From the human T2T-CHM13v2.0 reference genome, Homo sapiens: a DNA stretch of 64,000 nucleotides. Position 1 is the stretch's first letter, and every line of letters begins with the position of its first letter. Shown here one piece after another: positions 11,701 through 26,900 of the stretch. Both the position numbers and the translations under genes were made by a program. The DNA lies in NCBI RefSeq assembly GCF_009914755.1, contig NC_060925.1; one strand, given 5' to 3'. The notes under the pieces were generated by a model. It did no database searches. It was given only the letters and a program-made list of their open reading frames with translations, and was not told the origin of the DNA.

Positions 11701-14700
11701 GAATCGAATGGTATCATTGAATGGAATCGAATGGAATCATCATCAGATGGAAATGAATGGAATCGTCATAGAATGGAATCGAATGGATTCATTGAATGGA
11801 ATCAGATGGAATCATCGAATGGACTGGAATGGAATCATTGAATGGACTCGAAAGGGATCATGATTGAATGGAATTGAATGGAATCATCGAATGGTCTCGA
11901 TTGGAATCATTATCAAATGGAATCGAATGGAATCATCGAATAGAATCGAATGGAACAATCATCGAATGGACTCAAATGGAATTATCCTCAAATGGAATCG
12001 AATGGAATTATCGAATGCAATCGAATGGAATTATCGAATGCAATCGAATAGAATCATCGAATGGACTCGAATGGAATCATCGAATGGAATGGAATGGAAC
12101 AGTCAATGAACACGAATGGAATCATCATTGAATGGAATCGAATGGAATCATCGAGTGGAATCGAATGGAATTATGATCAAATGGAATCGAATGTAATCAT
12201 CATCAAATGGAATCAAAAATAACCATCATCAATTGCTATTGAATGGAATTGTCATCAAATGGAATTCAAAGGAATCATCATCAAATGGAACCGAATGGAA
12301 TCCTCATTGAATGGAAATGAAAGGGGTCATCATCTAATGGAATCGCATGGAAACATCACCAAATGGAATCGAATGGAATCATCATCAAATGGAATCTAAT
12401 GGAATCATTGAACAGAATTGAATGGAATCGTCATCGAATGAATTGAATGCAATCATCGAATGGTCTCGAATGGAATCATCTTCTAATGGAAAGGAATGGA
12501 ATCATCGCATAGAATCGAATGGAATTATCATCGAATGGAATCGAATGGTATCAACACCAAACGGAAAAAAACGGAATTATCGAATGGAATCGAAGAGAAT
12601 CTTCGAACGGACCCGAATGGAATCATCTAATGGAATGGAATGGAATAATCCATGGACTCGAATGCAATCATCATCGAATGGAATCGAATGGAATCATCGA
12701 ATGGACTCGAATGGAATAATCATTGAACGGAATCGAATGGAATCATCATCGGATGGAAACGAATGGAATCATCATCGAATGGAAATGAAAGGAGTCATCA
12801 TCTAATGGAATTGCATGGAATCATCATCAAATGGAATCGAATGGAATCAACATCAAATGGAATCTAATGGAATCATTGAACAGAATTGAATGGAATCGTC
12901 ATCGAATGAATTGACTGCAATCATCGAATGGTCTCGAATGGAATCATCTTCTAATGGAAAGGAATGGAATCATCGCATAGAATCGAATGGAATTATCATC
13001 GAATGGAATCGAATGGTATCAACACCAAACGGAAAAAAACGGAATTATCGAAAGGAATCGAAGAGAATCTTCGAACGGACCCGAATGGAATCATCTAATG
13101 GAATGGAATGGAATAATCCATGGACTCGAATGCAATCATCATCGAATGGAATCGAATGGAATCATCGAATGGACTCGAATGGAATAATCATTGAACGGAA
13201 TCGAATGGAATCATCATCGGATGGAAATGAATGGAATCATCATCGAATGGAATCGAATAGAATTATGGAATGAAATCCAGTGTGATCATCATCGAATGGA
13301 CCCGAATGGAATCATCATCCAACAGAAGCTAATGGAATCAACATCGAATGAATCGAATGGAAACACCATCGAATTCAAACGAATGGAATTACCATGAAAT
13401 TGAAATGGATGGACTCATCATCGAATGGATTCGGATGGAATCATCGAATAAAATTGATTGAAATCTTCATCGAATGGAATCGAATGGTATCATTGAATGG
13501 AATCGAATGGAATCATCATCAGATGGAAATGAATGGAATCGTCATAGAATGGAATCGAATGGATTCATTGAATGGAATCAGATGGAATCATCGAATGGAC
13601 TGGAATGGAATCATTGAATGGACTCGAAAGGGATCATGATTGAATGGAATTGAATGGAATCATCGAATGGTCTCGATTGGAATCATTATTAAATGGAATC
13701 GAATGGAATCACCGAATAGAATCGAATGGAACAATCATCGAATGGACTCAAATGGAATTATCCTCAAATGGAATCGAATGGAATTATCAAATGCAATCGA
13801 ATGGAATTATCGAATGCAATCGAATAGAATCATCGAATGGACTCGAATGGAATCATCGAATGGAATGGAATGGAACAGTCAATGAACTCGAATGGAATCA
13901 TCATTGAATGGAATCGAATGTAATCATCGAGTGGAATCCAATGGAATTATGATCAAATGGAATCGAATGTAATCATCATCAAATGGAATCAAAAATAACC
14001 ATCATCAATTGGTATTGAATGGAATTGTCATCAAATGGAATTCAAAGGAATCATCATCAAATGGAACCGAATGGAATCCTCATTGAATGGAAATGAAAGG
14101 GGTCATCATCTAATGGAATCGCATGGAATCATCATCAAATGGAATCGAATGGAATCATCATCAAATGGAATCTAATGGAATCATTGAACAGAATTGAATG
14201 GAATCGTCATCGAATGAATTGAATGCAATCATCGAATGGTCTCGAATGGAATCATCTTCTAATGGAAAGGAATGGAATCATCGCATAGAATCGAATGGAA
14301 TTATCATCGAATGGAATCGAATGGTATCAACACCAAACGGAAAAAAACGGAATTATCGAATGGAATCGAAGAGAATCTTCGAACGGACCCGAATGGAATC
14401 ATCTAATGGAATGGAATGGAATAATCCATGGACTCGAATGCAATCATCATCGAATGGAATGGAATGGAATCATCGAATGGACTCGAATGGAATAATCATT
14501 GAACGGAATCGAATGGAATCATCATCGGATGGAAACGAATGGAATCATCATCGAATGGAAATGAAAGGAGTCATCATCTAATGGAATTGCATGGAATCAT
14601 CATAAAATGGAATCGAATGGAATCAACATCAAATGGAATCAAATGGAATCATTGAACGGAATTGAATGGAATCGTCATCGAATGAATTGACTGCAATCAT

Positions 14701-17700
14701 CGAATGGTCTCGAATGGAATCATCTTCAAATGGAATGGAATGGAATCATCGCATAGAATCGAATGGAATTATCATCGAATGGAATCGAATGGAATCAACA
14801 TCAAACGGAAAAAAACAGAATTATCGTATGGAATCGAAGAGAATCATCGAGTGGACCCGAATGGAATCATCTAATGGAATGGAATGGAATAATCCATGGA
14901 CTCGAATGCAATCATCATCGAATGGAATCGAATGGAATCATCGAATGGACTCGAATGGAATAATCATTGAACGGAATCGAATGGAATCATCATCGGATGG
15001 AAATGAATGGAATCATCATCGAATGGAATCGAATAGAATTATGGAATGAAATCCAGTGTGATCATCATCGAATGGACCCGAATGGAATCATCATCCAATG
15101 GAAGCTAATGGAATCAACATCGAATGAATCGAATGGAAACACCATCGAATTGAAACGAATGGAATTATCATGAAATTGAAATGGATGGACTCATCATCGA
15201 ATGGATTCGAATGGAATCATCGAATAAAATTGATTGAAATCATCATCCAATGGAATCGAATGGTATCATTGAATGGAATCGAATGGAATCATCATCAGAT
15301 GGAAATGAATGGAATCGTCATAGAATGGAATCGAATGGATTCATTGAATGGAATCAGATGGAATCATCGAATGGACTGGAATGGAATCATTGAATGGACT
15401 CGAAAGGGATCATGATTGAATGGAATTGAATGGAATCATCGAATGGTCTCGATTGGAATCATTATCAAATGGAATCGAATGGAATCATCGAATAGAATCG
15501 AATGGAACAATCATCGAATGGACTCAAATGGAATTATCCTCAAATGGAATCGAATGGAATTATCGAATGCAATCGAATGGAATTATCGAATGCAATCGAA
15601 TAGAATCATCGAATGGACTCGAATGGAATCATCGAATGGAATGGAATGGAACAGTCAATGAACACGAATGGAATCATCATTGAATGGAATCTAATGGAAT
15701 CATCGAGTGGAATCGAATGGAATTATGATCAAATGGAATCGAATGTAATCATCATCAAATGGAATCAAAAATAACCATCATCAATTGCTATTGAATGGAA
15801 TTGTCATCAAATGGAATTCAAAGGAATCATCATCAAATGGAACCGAATGGAATCCTCATTGAATGGAAATGAAAGGGGTCATCATCTAATGGAATCGCAT
15901 GGAATCATCATCAAATGGAATCGAATGGAATCATCATCAAATGGAATCTAATGGAATCATTGAACAGAATTGAATGGAATCGTCATCGAATGAATTGAAT
16001 GCAATCATCGAATGGTCTCGAATGGAATCATCTTCTAATGGAAAGGAATGGAATCATCGCATAGAATCGAATGGAATTATCATCGAATGGAATCGAATGG
16101 TATCAACACCAAACGGAAAAAAACGGAATTATCGAATGGAATCGAAGAGAATCTTCGAACGGACCCGAATGGAATCATCTAATGGAATGGAATGGAATAA
16201 TCCATGGACTCGAATGCAATCATCATCGAATGGAATCGAATGGAGTCATCGAATGGACTCGAATGGAATAATCATTGAACGGAATCGAATGCAATCATCA
16301 TCGGATGGAAACGAATGGAATCATCATCGAATGGAAATGAAAGGAGTCATCATCTAATGCAATTGCATGGAATCATCATCAAATAGAATCGAATGGAATC
16401 AACATCAAATGGAATCTAATGGAATCATTGAACAGAATTGAATGGAATCGTCATCGAATGAATTGACTGCAATCATCGAATGGTCTCGAATGGAATCATC
16501 TTCAAATGGAATGGAATGGAATCATCGCATAGAATCGAATGGAATTATCATCGAATGGAATCGAATGGAATCAACAACAAACGGAAAAAAACGGAATTAT
16601 CGAATGGAATCGAAGAGAATCATCGAATGGACCCGAATGGAATCATCTAATGGAATGGAATGGAATAATCCATGGACTCGAATGCAATCATCATCGAATG
16701 GAATCGAATGGAATCATCGAATGGACTCGAATGGAATAATCATTGAACGGAATCGAATGGAATCATCATCGGATGGAAATGAATGGAATCATCATCGAAT
16801 GGAATCGAATAGAATTATGGAATGAAATCCAGTGTGATCATCATCGAATGGACCCGAATGGAATCATCATCCAACGGAAGCTAATGGAATCAACATCGAA
16901 TGAATCAAATGGAAACACCATCGAATTGAAACGAATGGAATTATCATGGAATTGAAACGGATGGACTCATCATCGAATGGATTCGAATGGAATCATCGAA
17001 TAAAATTGATTGAAATCATCATCGAATGGAATCGAATGGTATCATTGAATGGAATCGAATGGAATCATCATCAGATGGAAATGAATGGAATCGTCATAGA
17101 ATGGAATCGAATGGATTCATTGAATGGAATCAGATGGAATCATCGAATGGACTGGAATGGAATCATTGAATGGACTCGAAAGGGATCATGATTGAATGGA
17201 ATTGAATGGAATCATCGAATGGTCTCGATTGGAATCATTATCAAATGGAATCGAATGGAATCACCGAATAGAATCGAATGGAACAATCATCGAATGGACT
17301 CAAATGGAATTATCCTCCAATGGAATCGAATGGAATTATCGAATGCAATCGAATGGAATTATCGAATGCAATCGAATAGAATCATCGAATGGACTCGAAT
17401 GGAATCATCGAATGGAATGGAATGGAACAGTCAATGAACTCGAATGGAATCATCATTGAATGGAATCGAATGGAATCATCGAGTGGAATAGAATGGAATT
17501 ATGATCAAATGGAATCGAATGTAATCATCATCAAATGGAATCAAAAATAACCATCATCAATTGGTATTGAATGGAATTGTCATCAAATGGAATTCAAAGG
17601 AATCATCATCAAATGGAACCGAATGGAATCCTCATTGAATGGAAATGAAAGGGGTCATCATCTAATGGAATCGCATGGAATCATCATCAAATGGAATCGA

Positions 17701-20364
17701 ATGGAATCATCATCAAATGGAATCTAATGGAATCATTGAACAGAATTGAATGGAATCGTCATCGAATGAATTGAATGCAATCATCGAATGGTCTCGAATG
17801 GAATCATCTTCTAATGGAAAGGAATGGAATCATCGCATAGAATCGAATGGAATTATCATCGAATGGAATCGAATGGTATCAACACCAAACGGAAAAAAAC
17901 GGAATTATCGAATGGAATCGAAGAGAATCTTCGAACGGACCCGAATGGAATCATCTAATGGAATGGAATGGAATAATCCATGGACTCGAATGCAATCATC
18001 ATCGAATGGAATCGAATGGAGTCATCGAATGGACTCGAATGGAATAATCATTGAACGGAATCGAATGGAATCATCATCGGATGGAAACGAATGGAATCAT
18101 CATCGAATGGAAATGAAAGGAGTCATCATCTAATGGAATTGCATGGAATCATCATAAAATGCAATCGAATGGAATCAACATCAAATGGAATCAAATGGAA
18201 TCATTGAACGGAATTGAATGGAATCGTCATCGAATGAATTGACTGCAATCATCGAATGGTCTCGAATGGAATCATCTTCAAATGGAATGGAATGGAATCA
18301 TCGCATAGAATCGAATGGAATTATCATCGAATGGAATCGAATGGAATCAACATCAAACGGAAAAAAACAGAATTATCGTATGGAATCTAAGAGAATCATC
18401 GAATGGACCCGAATGGAATCATCTAATGGAATGGAATGGAATAATCCATGGACTCGAATGCAATCATCATCGAATGGAATCGAATGGAATCATCGAATGG
18501 ACTCGAATGGAATAATCATTGAACGGAATCGAATGGAATCATCATCGGATGGAAATGAATGGAATCATCATCGAATGGAATCGAATAGAATTATGGAATG
18601 AAATCCAGTGTGATTATCATCGAATCGACCCGAATGGAATCATCATCCAACGGAAGCTAATGGAATCAACATCGAATGAATCGAATGGAAACACCATCGA
18701 ATTGAAACGAATGGAATTATCATGAAATTGAAATGGATGGACTCATCATCGAATGGATTCGAATGGAATCATCGAATAAAATTGATTGAAATCATCATCC
18801 AATGGAATCGAATGGTATCATTGAATGGAAACGAATGGAATCATCATCAGATGGAAATGAATGGAATCGTCATAGAATGGAATCGAATGGATTCATTGAA
18901 TGGAATCAGATGGAATCATCGAATGGACTGGAATGGAATCATTGAATGGACTCGAAAGGGATCATTATTGAATGGAATTGAATGGAATCATCGAATGGTC
19001 TCGATTGGAATCATTATCAAATGGAATCGAATGGAATCACCGAATAGAATCGAATGGAACAATCATCGAATGGACTCAAATGGAATTATCCTCCAATGGA
19101 ATCGAATGGAATTATCGAATGCAATCGAATGGAATTATCGAATGCAATCGAATAGAATCATCGAATGGACTCGAATGGAATCATCGAATGGAATGGAATG
19201 GAACAGTCAATGAACTCGAATGGAATCATCATTGAATGGAATCGAATGGAATCATCGAGTGGAATCGAATGGAATTATGATCAAATGGAATCGAATGTAA
19301 TCATCATCAAATGGAATCAAAAATAACCATCATCAATTGGTATTGAATGGAATTGTCATCAAATGGAATTCAAAGGAATCATCATCAAATGGAACCGAAT
19401 GGAATCCTCATTGAATGGAAATGAAAGGGGTCATCATCTAATGGAATCGCATGGAATCATCATCAAATGGAATCGAATGGAATCATCATCAAATGGAATC
19501 TAATGGAATCATTGAACAGAATTGAATGGAATCGTCATCGAATGAATTGAATGCAATCATCGAATGGTCTCGAATGGAATCATCTTCTAATGGAAAGGAA
19601 TGGAATCATCGCATAGAATCGAATGGAATTATCATCGAATGGAATCGAATGGTATCAACACCAAACGGAAAAAAACGGAATTATCGAATGGAATCGAAGA
19701 GAATCTTCGAACGGACCCAAATGGAATCATCTAATGGAATGGAATGGAATAATCCATGGACTCGAATGCAATCATCATCGAATGGAATGGAATGGAATCA
19801 TCGAATGGACTCGAATGGAATAATCATTGAACGGAATCGAATGGAATCATCATCGGATGGAAACGAATGGAATCATCATCGAATGGAAATGAAAGGAGTC
19901 ATCATCTAATGGAATTGCATGGAATCATCATAAAATGGAATCGAATGGAATCAACATCAAATGGAATCAAATGGAATCATTGAACGGAATTGAATGGAAT
20001 CGTCATCGAATGAATTGACTGCAATCATCGAATGGTCTCGAATGGAATCATCTTCAAATGGAATGGAATGGAATCATCGCATAGAATCGAATGGAATTAT
20101 CATCGAATGGAATCGAATGGAATCAACATCAAATGGAAAAAAACGGAATTATCGAATGGAATCGAAGAGAATCATCGAATGGACCCGAATGGAATCATCT
20201 AATGGAATGGAATGGAATAATCCATGGACTCGAATGCAATCATCATCGAATGGAATCGAATGGAATCATCGAATGAACTCGAATGGAATAATCATTGAAC
20301 GGAATCGAATGGAATCATCATCGGATGGAAATGAATGGAATCATCATCGAATGGAATCGAATAT

Positions 20365-23300
20365 AATTATGGAATGAAATCCAGTGTGATCATCATCGAA
20401 TGGACCCGAATGGAATCATCATCCAACGGAAGCTAATGGAATCAACATCGAATGAATCGAATGGAAACACCATCGAATTGAAACGAATGGAATTATCATG
20501 AAATTGAAATGGATGGACTCATCATCGAATGGATTCGAATGGAATCATCGAATAAAATTGATTGAAATCATCATCGAATGGAATCGAATGGTATCATTGA
20601 ATGGAATCGAATGGAATCATCATCAGATGGAAATGAATGGAATCGTCATAGAATGGAATCGAATGGATTCATTGAATGGAATCAGATGGAATCATCGAAT
20701 GGACTGGAATGGAATCATTGAATGGACTCGAAAGGGATCATTATTGAATGGAATTGAATGGAATCATCGAATGGTCTCGATTGGAATCATTATCAAATGG
20801 AATCGAATGGAATCATCGAATAGAATCGAATGGAACAATCATCGAATGTACTCAAATGGAATTATCCTCAAATGGAATCGAATGGAATTATCGAATGCAA
20901 TCGAATGGAATTATCGAATGCAATCGAATAGAATCATCGAATGGACTCGAATGGAATCATCGAATGGAATGGAATGGAACAGTCAATGAACACGAATGGA
21001 ATCATCATTGAATGGAATCTAATGGAATCATCGAGTGGAATCGAATGGAATTATGATCAAATGGAATCGAATGTAATCATCATCAAATGGAATCAAAAAT
21101 AACCATCATCAATTGGTATTGAATGGAATTGTCATCAAATGGAATTCAAAGGAATCATCATCAAATGGAACCGAATGGAATCCTCATTGAATGGAAATGA
21201 AAGGCGTCATCATCTAATGGAATCGCATGGAATCATCATCAAATGGAATCGAATGGAATCATCATCAAATGGAATCTAATGGAATCATTGAACAGAATTG
21301 AATGGAATCGTCATCGAATGAATTGAATGCAATCATCGAATGGTCTCGAATGGAATCATCTTCTAATGGAAAGGAATGGAATCATCGCATAGAATCGAAT
21401 GGAATTATCATCGAATGGAATCGAATGGTATCAACACCAAACGGAAAAAAACGGAATTATCGAATGGAATCGAAGAGAATCTTCGAACGGACCCGAATGG
21501 AATCATCTAATGGAATGGAATGGAATAATCCATGGACTCGAATGCAATCATCATCGAATGGAATCGAATGGAGTCATCGAATGGACTCGAATGGAATAAT
21601 CATTGAACGGAATCGAATGGAATCATCATCGGATGGAAACGAATGGAATCATCATCGAATGGAAATGAAAGGAGTCATCATCTAATGGAATTGCATTTAA
21701 TCATCATAAAATGCAATCGAATGGAATCAACATCAAATGGAATCAAATGGAATCATTGAACGGAATTGAATGGAATCGTCATCGAATGAATTGACTGCAA
21801 TCATCGAATGGTCTCGAATGGAATCATCTTCAAATGGAATGGAATGGAATCATCGCATAGAATCGAATGGAATTATCATCGAATGGAATCGAATGGAATC
21901 AACATCAAACGGAAAAAAACAGAATTATCGTGTGGAATCTAAGAGAATCATCGAATGGACCCGAATGGAATCATCTAATGGAATGGAATGGAATAATCCA
22001 TGGACTCGAATGCAATCATCATCGAATGGAATCGAATGGAATCATCGAATGGACTCGAATGGAATAATCATTGAACGGAATCGAATGGAATCATCATCGG
22101 ATGGAAATGAATGGAATCATCATCGAATGGAATCGAATAGAATTATGGAATGAAATCCAGTGTGATCATCATCGAATGGACCCGAATGGAATCATCATCC
22201 AACGGAAGCTAATGGAATCAACATCGAATGAATCGAATGGAAACACCATCGAATTGAAACGAATGGAATTATCATGAAATTGAAATGGATGGACTCATCA
22301 TCGAATGGATTCGAATGGAATCATCGAATAAAATTGATTGAAATCATCATCGAATGGAATCGAATGGTATCATTGAATGGAATCGAATGGAATCATCATC
22401 AGATGGAAATGAATGGAATCGTCATAGAATGGAATCGAATGGATTCATTGAATGGAATCAGATGGAATCATCGAATGGACTGGAATGGAATCATTGAATG
22501 GACTCGAAAGGGATCATTATTGAATGGAATTGAATGGAATCATCGAATGGTCTCGATTGGAATCATTATCAAATGGAATCGAATGGAATCATCGAATAGA
22601 ATCGAATGGAACAATCATCGAATGTACTCAAATGGAATTATCCTCAAATGGAATCGAATGGAATTATCGAATGCAATCGAATGGAATTATCGAATGCAAT
22701 CGAATAGAATCATCGAATGGACTCGAATGGAATCATCGAATGGAATGGAATGGAACAGTCAATGAACACGAATGGAATCATCATTGAATGGAATCTAATG
22801 GAATCATCGAGTGGAATCGAATGGAATTATGATCAAATGGAATCGAATGTAATCATCATCAAATGGAATCAAAAATAACCATCATCAATTGGTATTGAAT
22901 GGAATTGTCATCAAATGGAATTCAAAGGAATCATCATCAAATGGAACCGAATGGAATCCTCATTGAATGGAAATGAAAGGCGTCATCATCTAATGGAATC
23001 GCATGGAATCATCATCAAATGGAATCGAATGGAATCATCATCAAATGGAATCTAATGGAATCATTGAACAGAATTGAATGGAATCGTCATCGAATGAATT
23101 GAATGCAATCATCGAATGGTCTCGAATGGAATCATCTTCTAATGGAAAGGAATGGAATCATCGCATAGAATCGAATGGAATTATCATCGAATGGAATCGA
23201 ATGGTATCAACACCAAACGGAAAAAAACGGAATTATCGAATGGAATCGAAGAGAATCTTCGAACGGACCCGAATGGAATCATCTAATGGAATGGAATGGA

Positions 23301-23959
23301 ATAATCCATGGACTCGAATGCAATCATCATCGAATGGAATCGAATGGAGTCATCGAATGGACTCGAATGGAATAATCATTGAACGGAATCGAATGGAATC
23401 ATCATCGGATGGAAACGAATGGAATCATCATCGAATGGAAATGAAAGGAGTCATCATCTAATGGAATTGCATTTAATCATCATAAAATGCAATCGAATGG
23501 AATCAACATCAAATGGAATCAAATGGAATCATTGAACGGAATTGAATGGAATCGTCATCGAATGAATTGACTGCAATCATCGAATGGTCTCGAATGGAAT
23601 CATCTTCAAATGGAATGGAATGGAATCATCGCATAGAATCGAATGGAATTATCATCGAATGGAATCGAATGGAATCAACATCAAACGGAAAAAAACAGAA
23701 TTATCGTGTGGAATCTAAGAGAATCATCGAATGGACCCGAATGGAATCATCTAATGGAATGGAATGGAATAATCCATGGACTCGAATGCAATCATCATCG
23801 AATGGAATCGAATGGAATCATCGAATGGACTCGAATGGAATAATCATTGAACGGAATCGAATGGAATCATCATCGGATGGAAATGAATGGAATCATCATC
23901 GAATGGAATCGAATAGAATTATGGAATGAAATCCAGTGTGATCATCATCGAATGGACCC
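20365..23959 (+). repeat. Recent adjacent duplication of one monomer
   Basis: Rare variants GAATGTACTC, AAGGCGTC, GCATTTAATC and TCGTGTGGAATCTAAG each appear twice, 1776 bp apart. Confidence 0.82.
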
Positions 23960-26900
23960 AAATGGAATCATCATCCAACGGAAGCTAATGGAATCAACAT
24001 CGAATGAATCGAATGGAACCACCATCGAATTGAAACGAATGGAATTATCATGAAATTGAAATGGATGGACACATCATCGAATGGATTCGAATGGAATCAT
24101 CGAATAAAATTGATTGAAATCATCATCAAATGGAATCGAATGGTATCATTGAATGGAATCGAATGGAATCATCATCAGATGGAAATGAATGGAATCGTCA
24201 TAGAATGGAATCGAATGGATTCATTGAATGGAATCAGATGGAATCATCGAATGGACTGGAATGGAATCATTGAATGGACTCGAAAGGGATCATTATTGAA
24301 TGGAATTGAATGGAATCATCGAATGGTCTCGATTGGAATCATTACCAAATGGAATCGAATGGAATCACCGAATAGAATCGAATGGAACAATCATCGAATG
24401 GACTCAAATGGAATTATCCTCCAATGGAATCGAATGGAATTATCGAATGCAATCGAATGGAATTATCGAATGCAATCGAATAGAATCATCGAATGGACTC
24501 GAATGGAATCATCGAATGGAATGGAATGGAACAGTCAATGAACTCGAATGGAATCATCATTGAATGGAATCGAATGGAATCATCGAGTGGAATCGAATGG
24601 AATTATGATCAAATGGAATCGAATGTAATCATCATCAAATGGAATCAAAAATAACCATCATCAATTGGTATTGAATGGAATTGTCATCAAATGGAATTCA
24701 AAGGAATCATCATCAAATGGAACCGAATGGAATCCTCATTGAATGGAAATGAAAGGGGTCATCATCTAATGGAATCGCATGGAATCATCATCAAATGGAA
24801 TCGAATGGAATCATCATCAAATGGAATCTAATGGAATCATTGAACAGAATTGAATGGAATCGTCATCGAATGAATTGAATGCAATCATCGAATGGTCTCG
24901 AATGGAATCATCTTCTAATGGAAAGGAATGGAATCATCGCATAGAATCGAATGGAATTATCATCGAATGGAATCGAATGGTATCAACACCAAACGGAAAA
25001 AAACGGAATTATCGAATGGAATCGAAGAGAATCTTCGAACGGACCCGAATGGAATCATCTAATGGAATGGAATGGAATAATCCATGGACTCGAATGCAAT
25101 CATCATCGAATGGAATCGAATGGAGTCATCGAATGGACTCGAATGGAATAATCATTGAACGGAATCGAATGGAATCATCATCGGATGGAAACGAATGGAA
25201 TCATCATCGAATGGAAATGAAAGGAGTCATCATCTAATGGAATTGCATGGAATCATCATAAAATGGAATCGAATGGAATCAACCTCAAATGGAATCAAAT
25301 GGAATCATTGAACGGAATTGAATGGAATCGTCATCGAATGAATTGACTGCAATCATCGAATGGTCTCGAATGGAATCATCTTCAAATGGAATGGAATGGA
25401 ATCATCGCATAGAATCGAATGGAATTATCATCGAATGGAATCGAATGGAATCAACATCAAACGGAAAAAAACGGAATTATCGAATGGAATCGAAGAGAAT
25501 CATCGAATGGACCCGAATGGAATCATCTAATGGAATGGAATGGAATAATCCATGGACTCGAATGCAATCATCATCGAATGGAATCGAATGGAATCATCGA
25601 ATGGACTCGAATGGAATAATCATTGAACGGAATCGAATGGAATCATCATCGGATGGAAATGAATGGAATCATCATCGAATGGAATCGAATAGAATTATGG
25701 AATGAAATCCAGTGTGATCATCATCGAATGGACCCGAATGGAATCATCATCCAACGGAAGCTAATGGAATCAACATCGAATGAATCGAATGGAAACACCA
25801 TCGAATTGAAACGAATGGAATTATCATGAAATTGAAATGGATGGACTCATCATCGAATGGATTCGAATGGAATCATCGAATAAAATTGATTGAAATCATC
25901 ATCCAATGGAATCGAATGGTATCATTGAATGGAATCGAATGGAATCATCATCAGATGGAAATGAATGGAATCGTCATAGGATGGAATCGAATGGATTCAT
26001 TGAATGGAATCAGATGGAATCATCGAATGGACTGGAATGGAATCATTGAATGGACTCGAAAGGGATCATTATTGAATGGAATTGAATGGAATCATCGAAT
26101 GGTCTCGATTGGAATCATTATCAAATGGAATCGAATGGAATCACCGAATAGAATCGAATGGAACAATCATCGAATGGACTCAAATGGAATTATCCTCCAA
26201 TGGAATCGAATGAAATTATCGAATGCAATCGAATGGAATTATCGAATGCAATCGAATAGAATCATCGAATGGACTCGAATGGAATCATCGAATGGAATGG
26301 AATGGAACAGTCAATGAACTCGAATGGAATCATCATTGAATGGAATCGAATGGAATCATCGAGTGGAATCGAATGGAATTATGATCAAATGGAATCGAAT
26401 GTAATCATCATCAAATGGAATCAAAAATAACCATCATCAATTGGTATTGAATGGAATTGTCATCAAATGGAATTCAAAGGAATCATCATCAAATGGAACC
26501 GAATGGAATCCTCATTGAATGGAAATGAAAGGGGTCATCATCTAATGGAATCGCATGGAATCATCATCAAATGGAATCGAATGGAATCATCATCAAATGG
26601 AATCTAATGGAATCATTGAACAGAATTGAATGGAATCGTCATCGAATGAATTGAATGCAATCATCGAATGGTCTCGAATGGAATCATCTTCTAATGGAAA
26701 GGAATGGAATCATCGCATAGAATCGAATGGAATTATCATCGAATGGAATCGAATGGTATCAACACCAAACGGAAAAATACGGAATTATCGAATGGAATCG
26801 AAGAGAATCTTCGAACGGACCCGAATGGAATCATCTAATGGAATGGAATGGAATAATCCATGGACTCGAATGCAATCATCATCGAATGGAATGGAATGGA

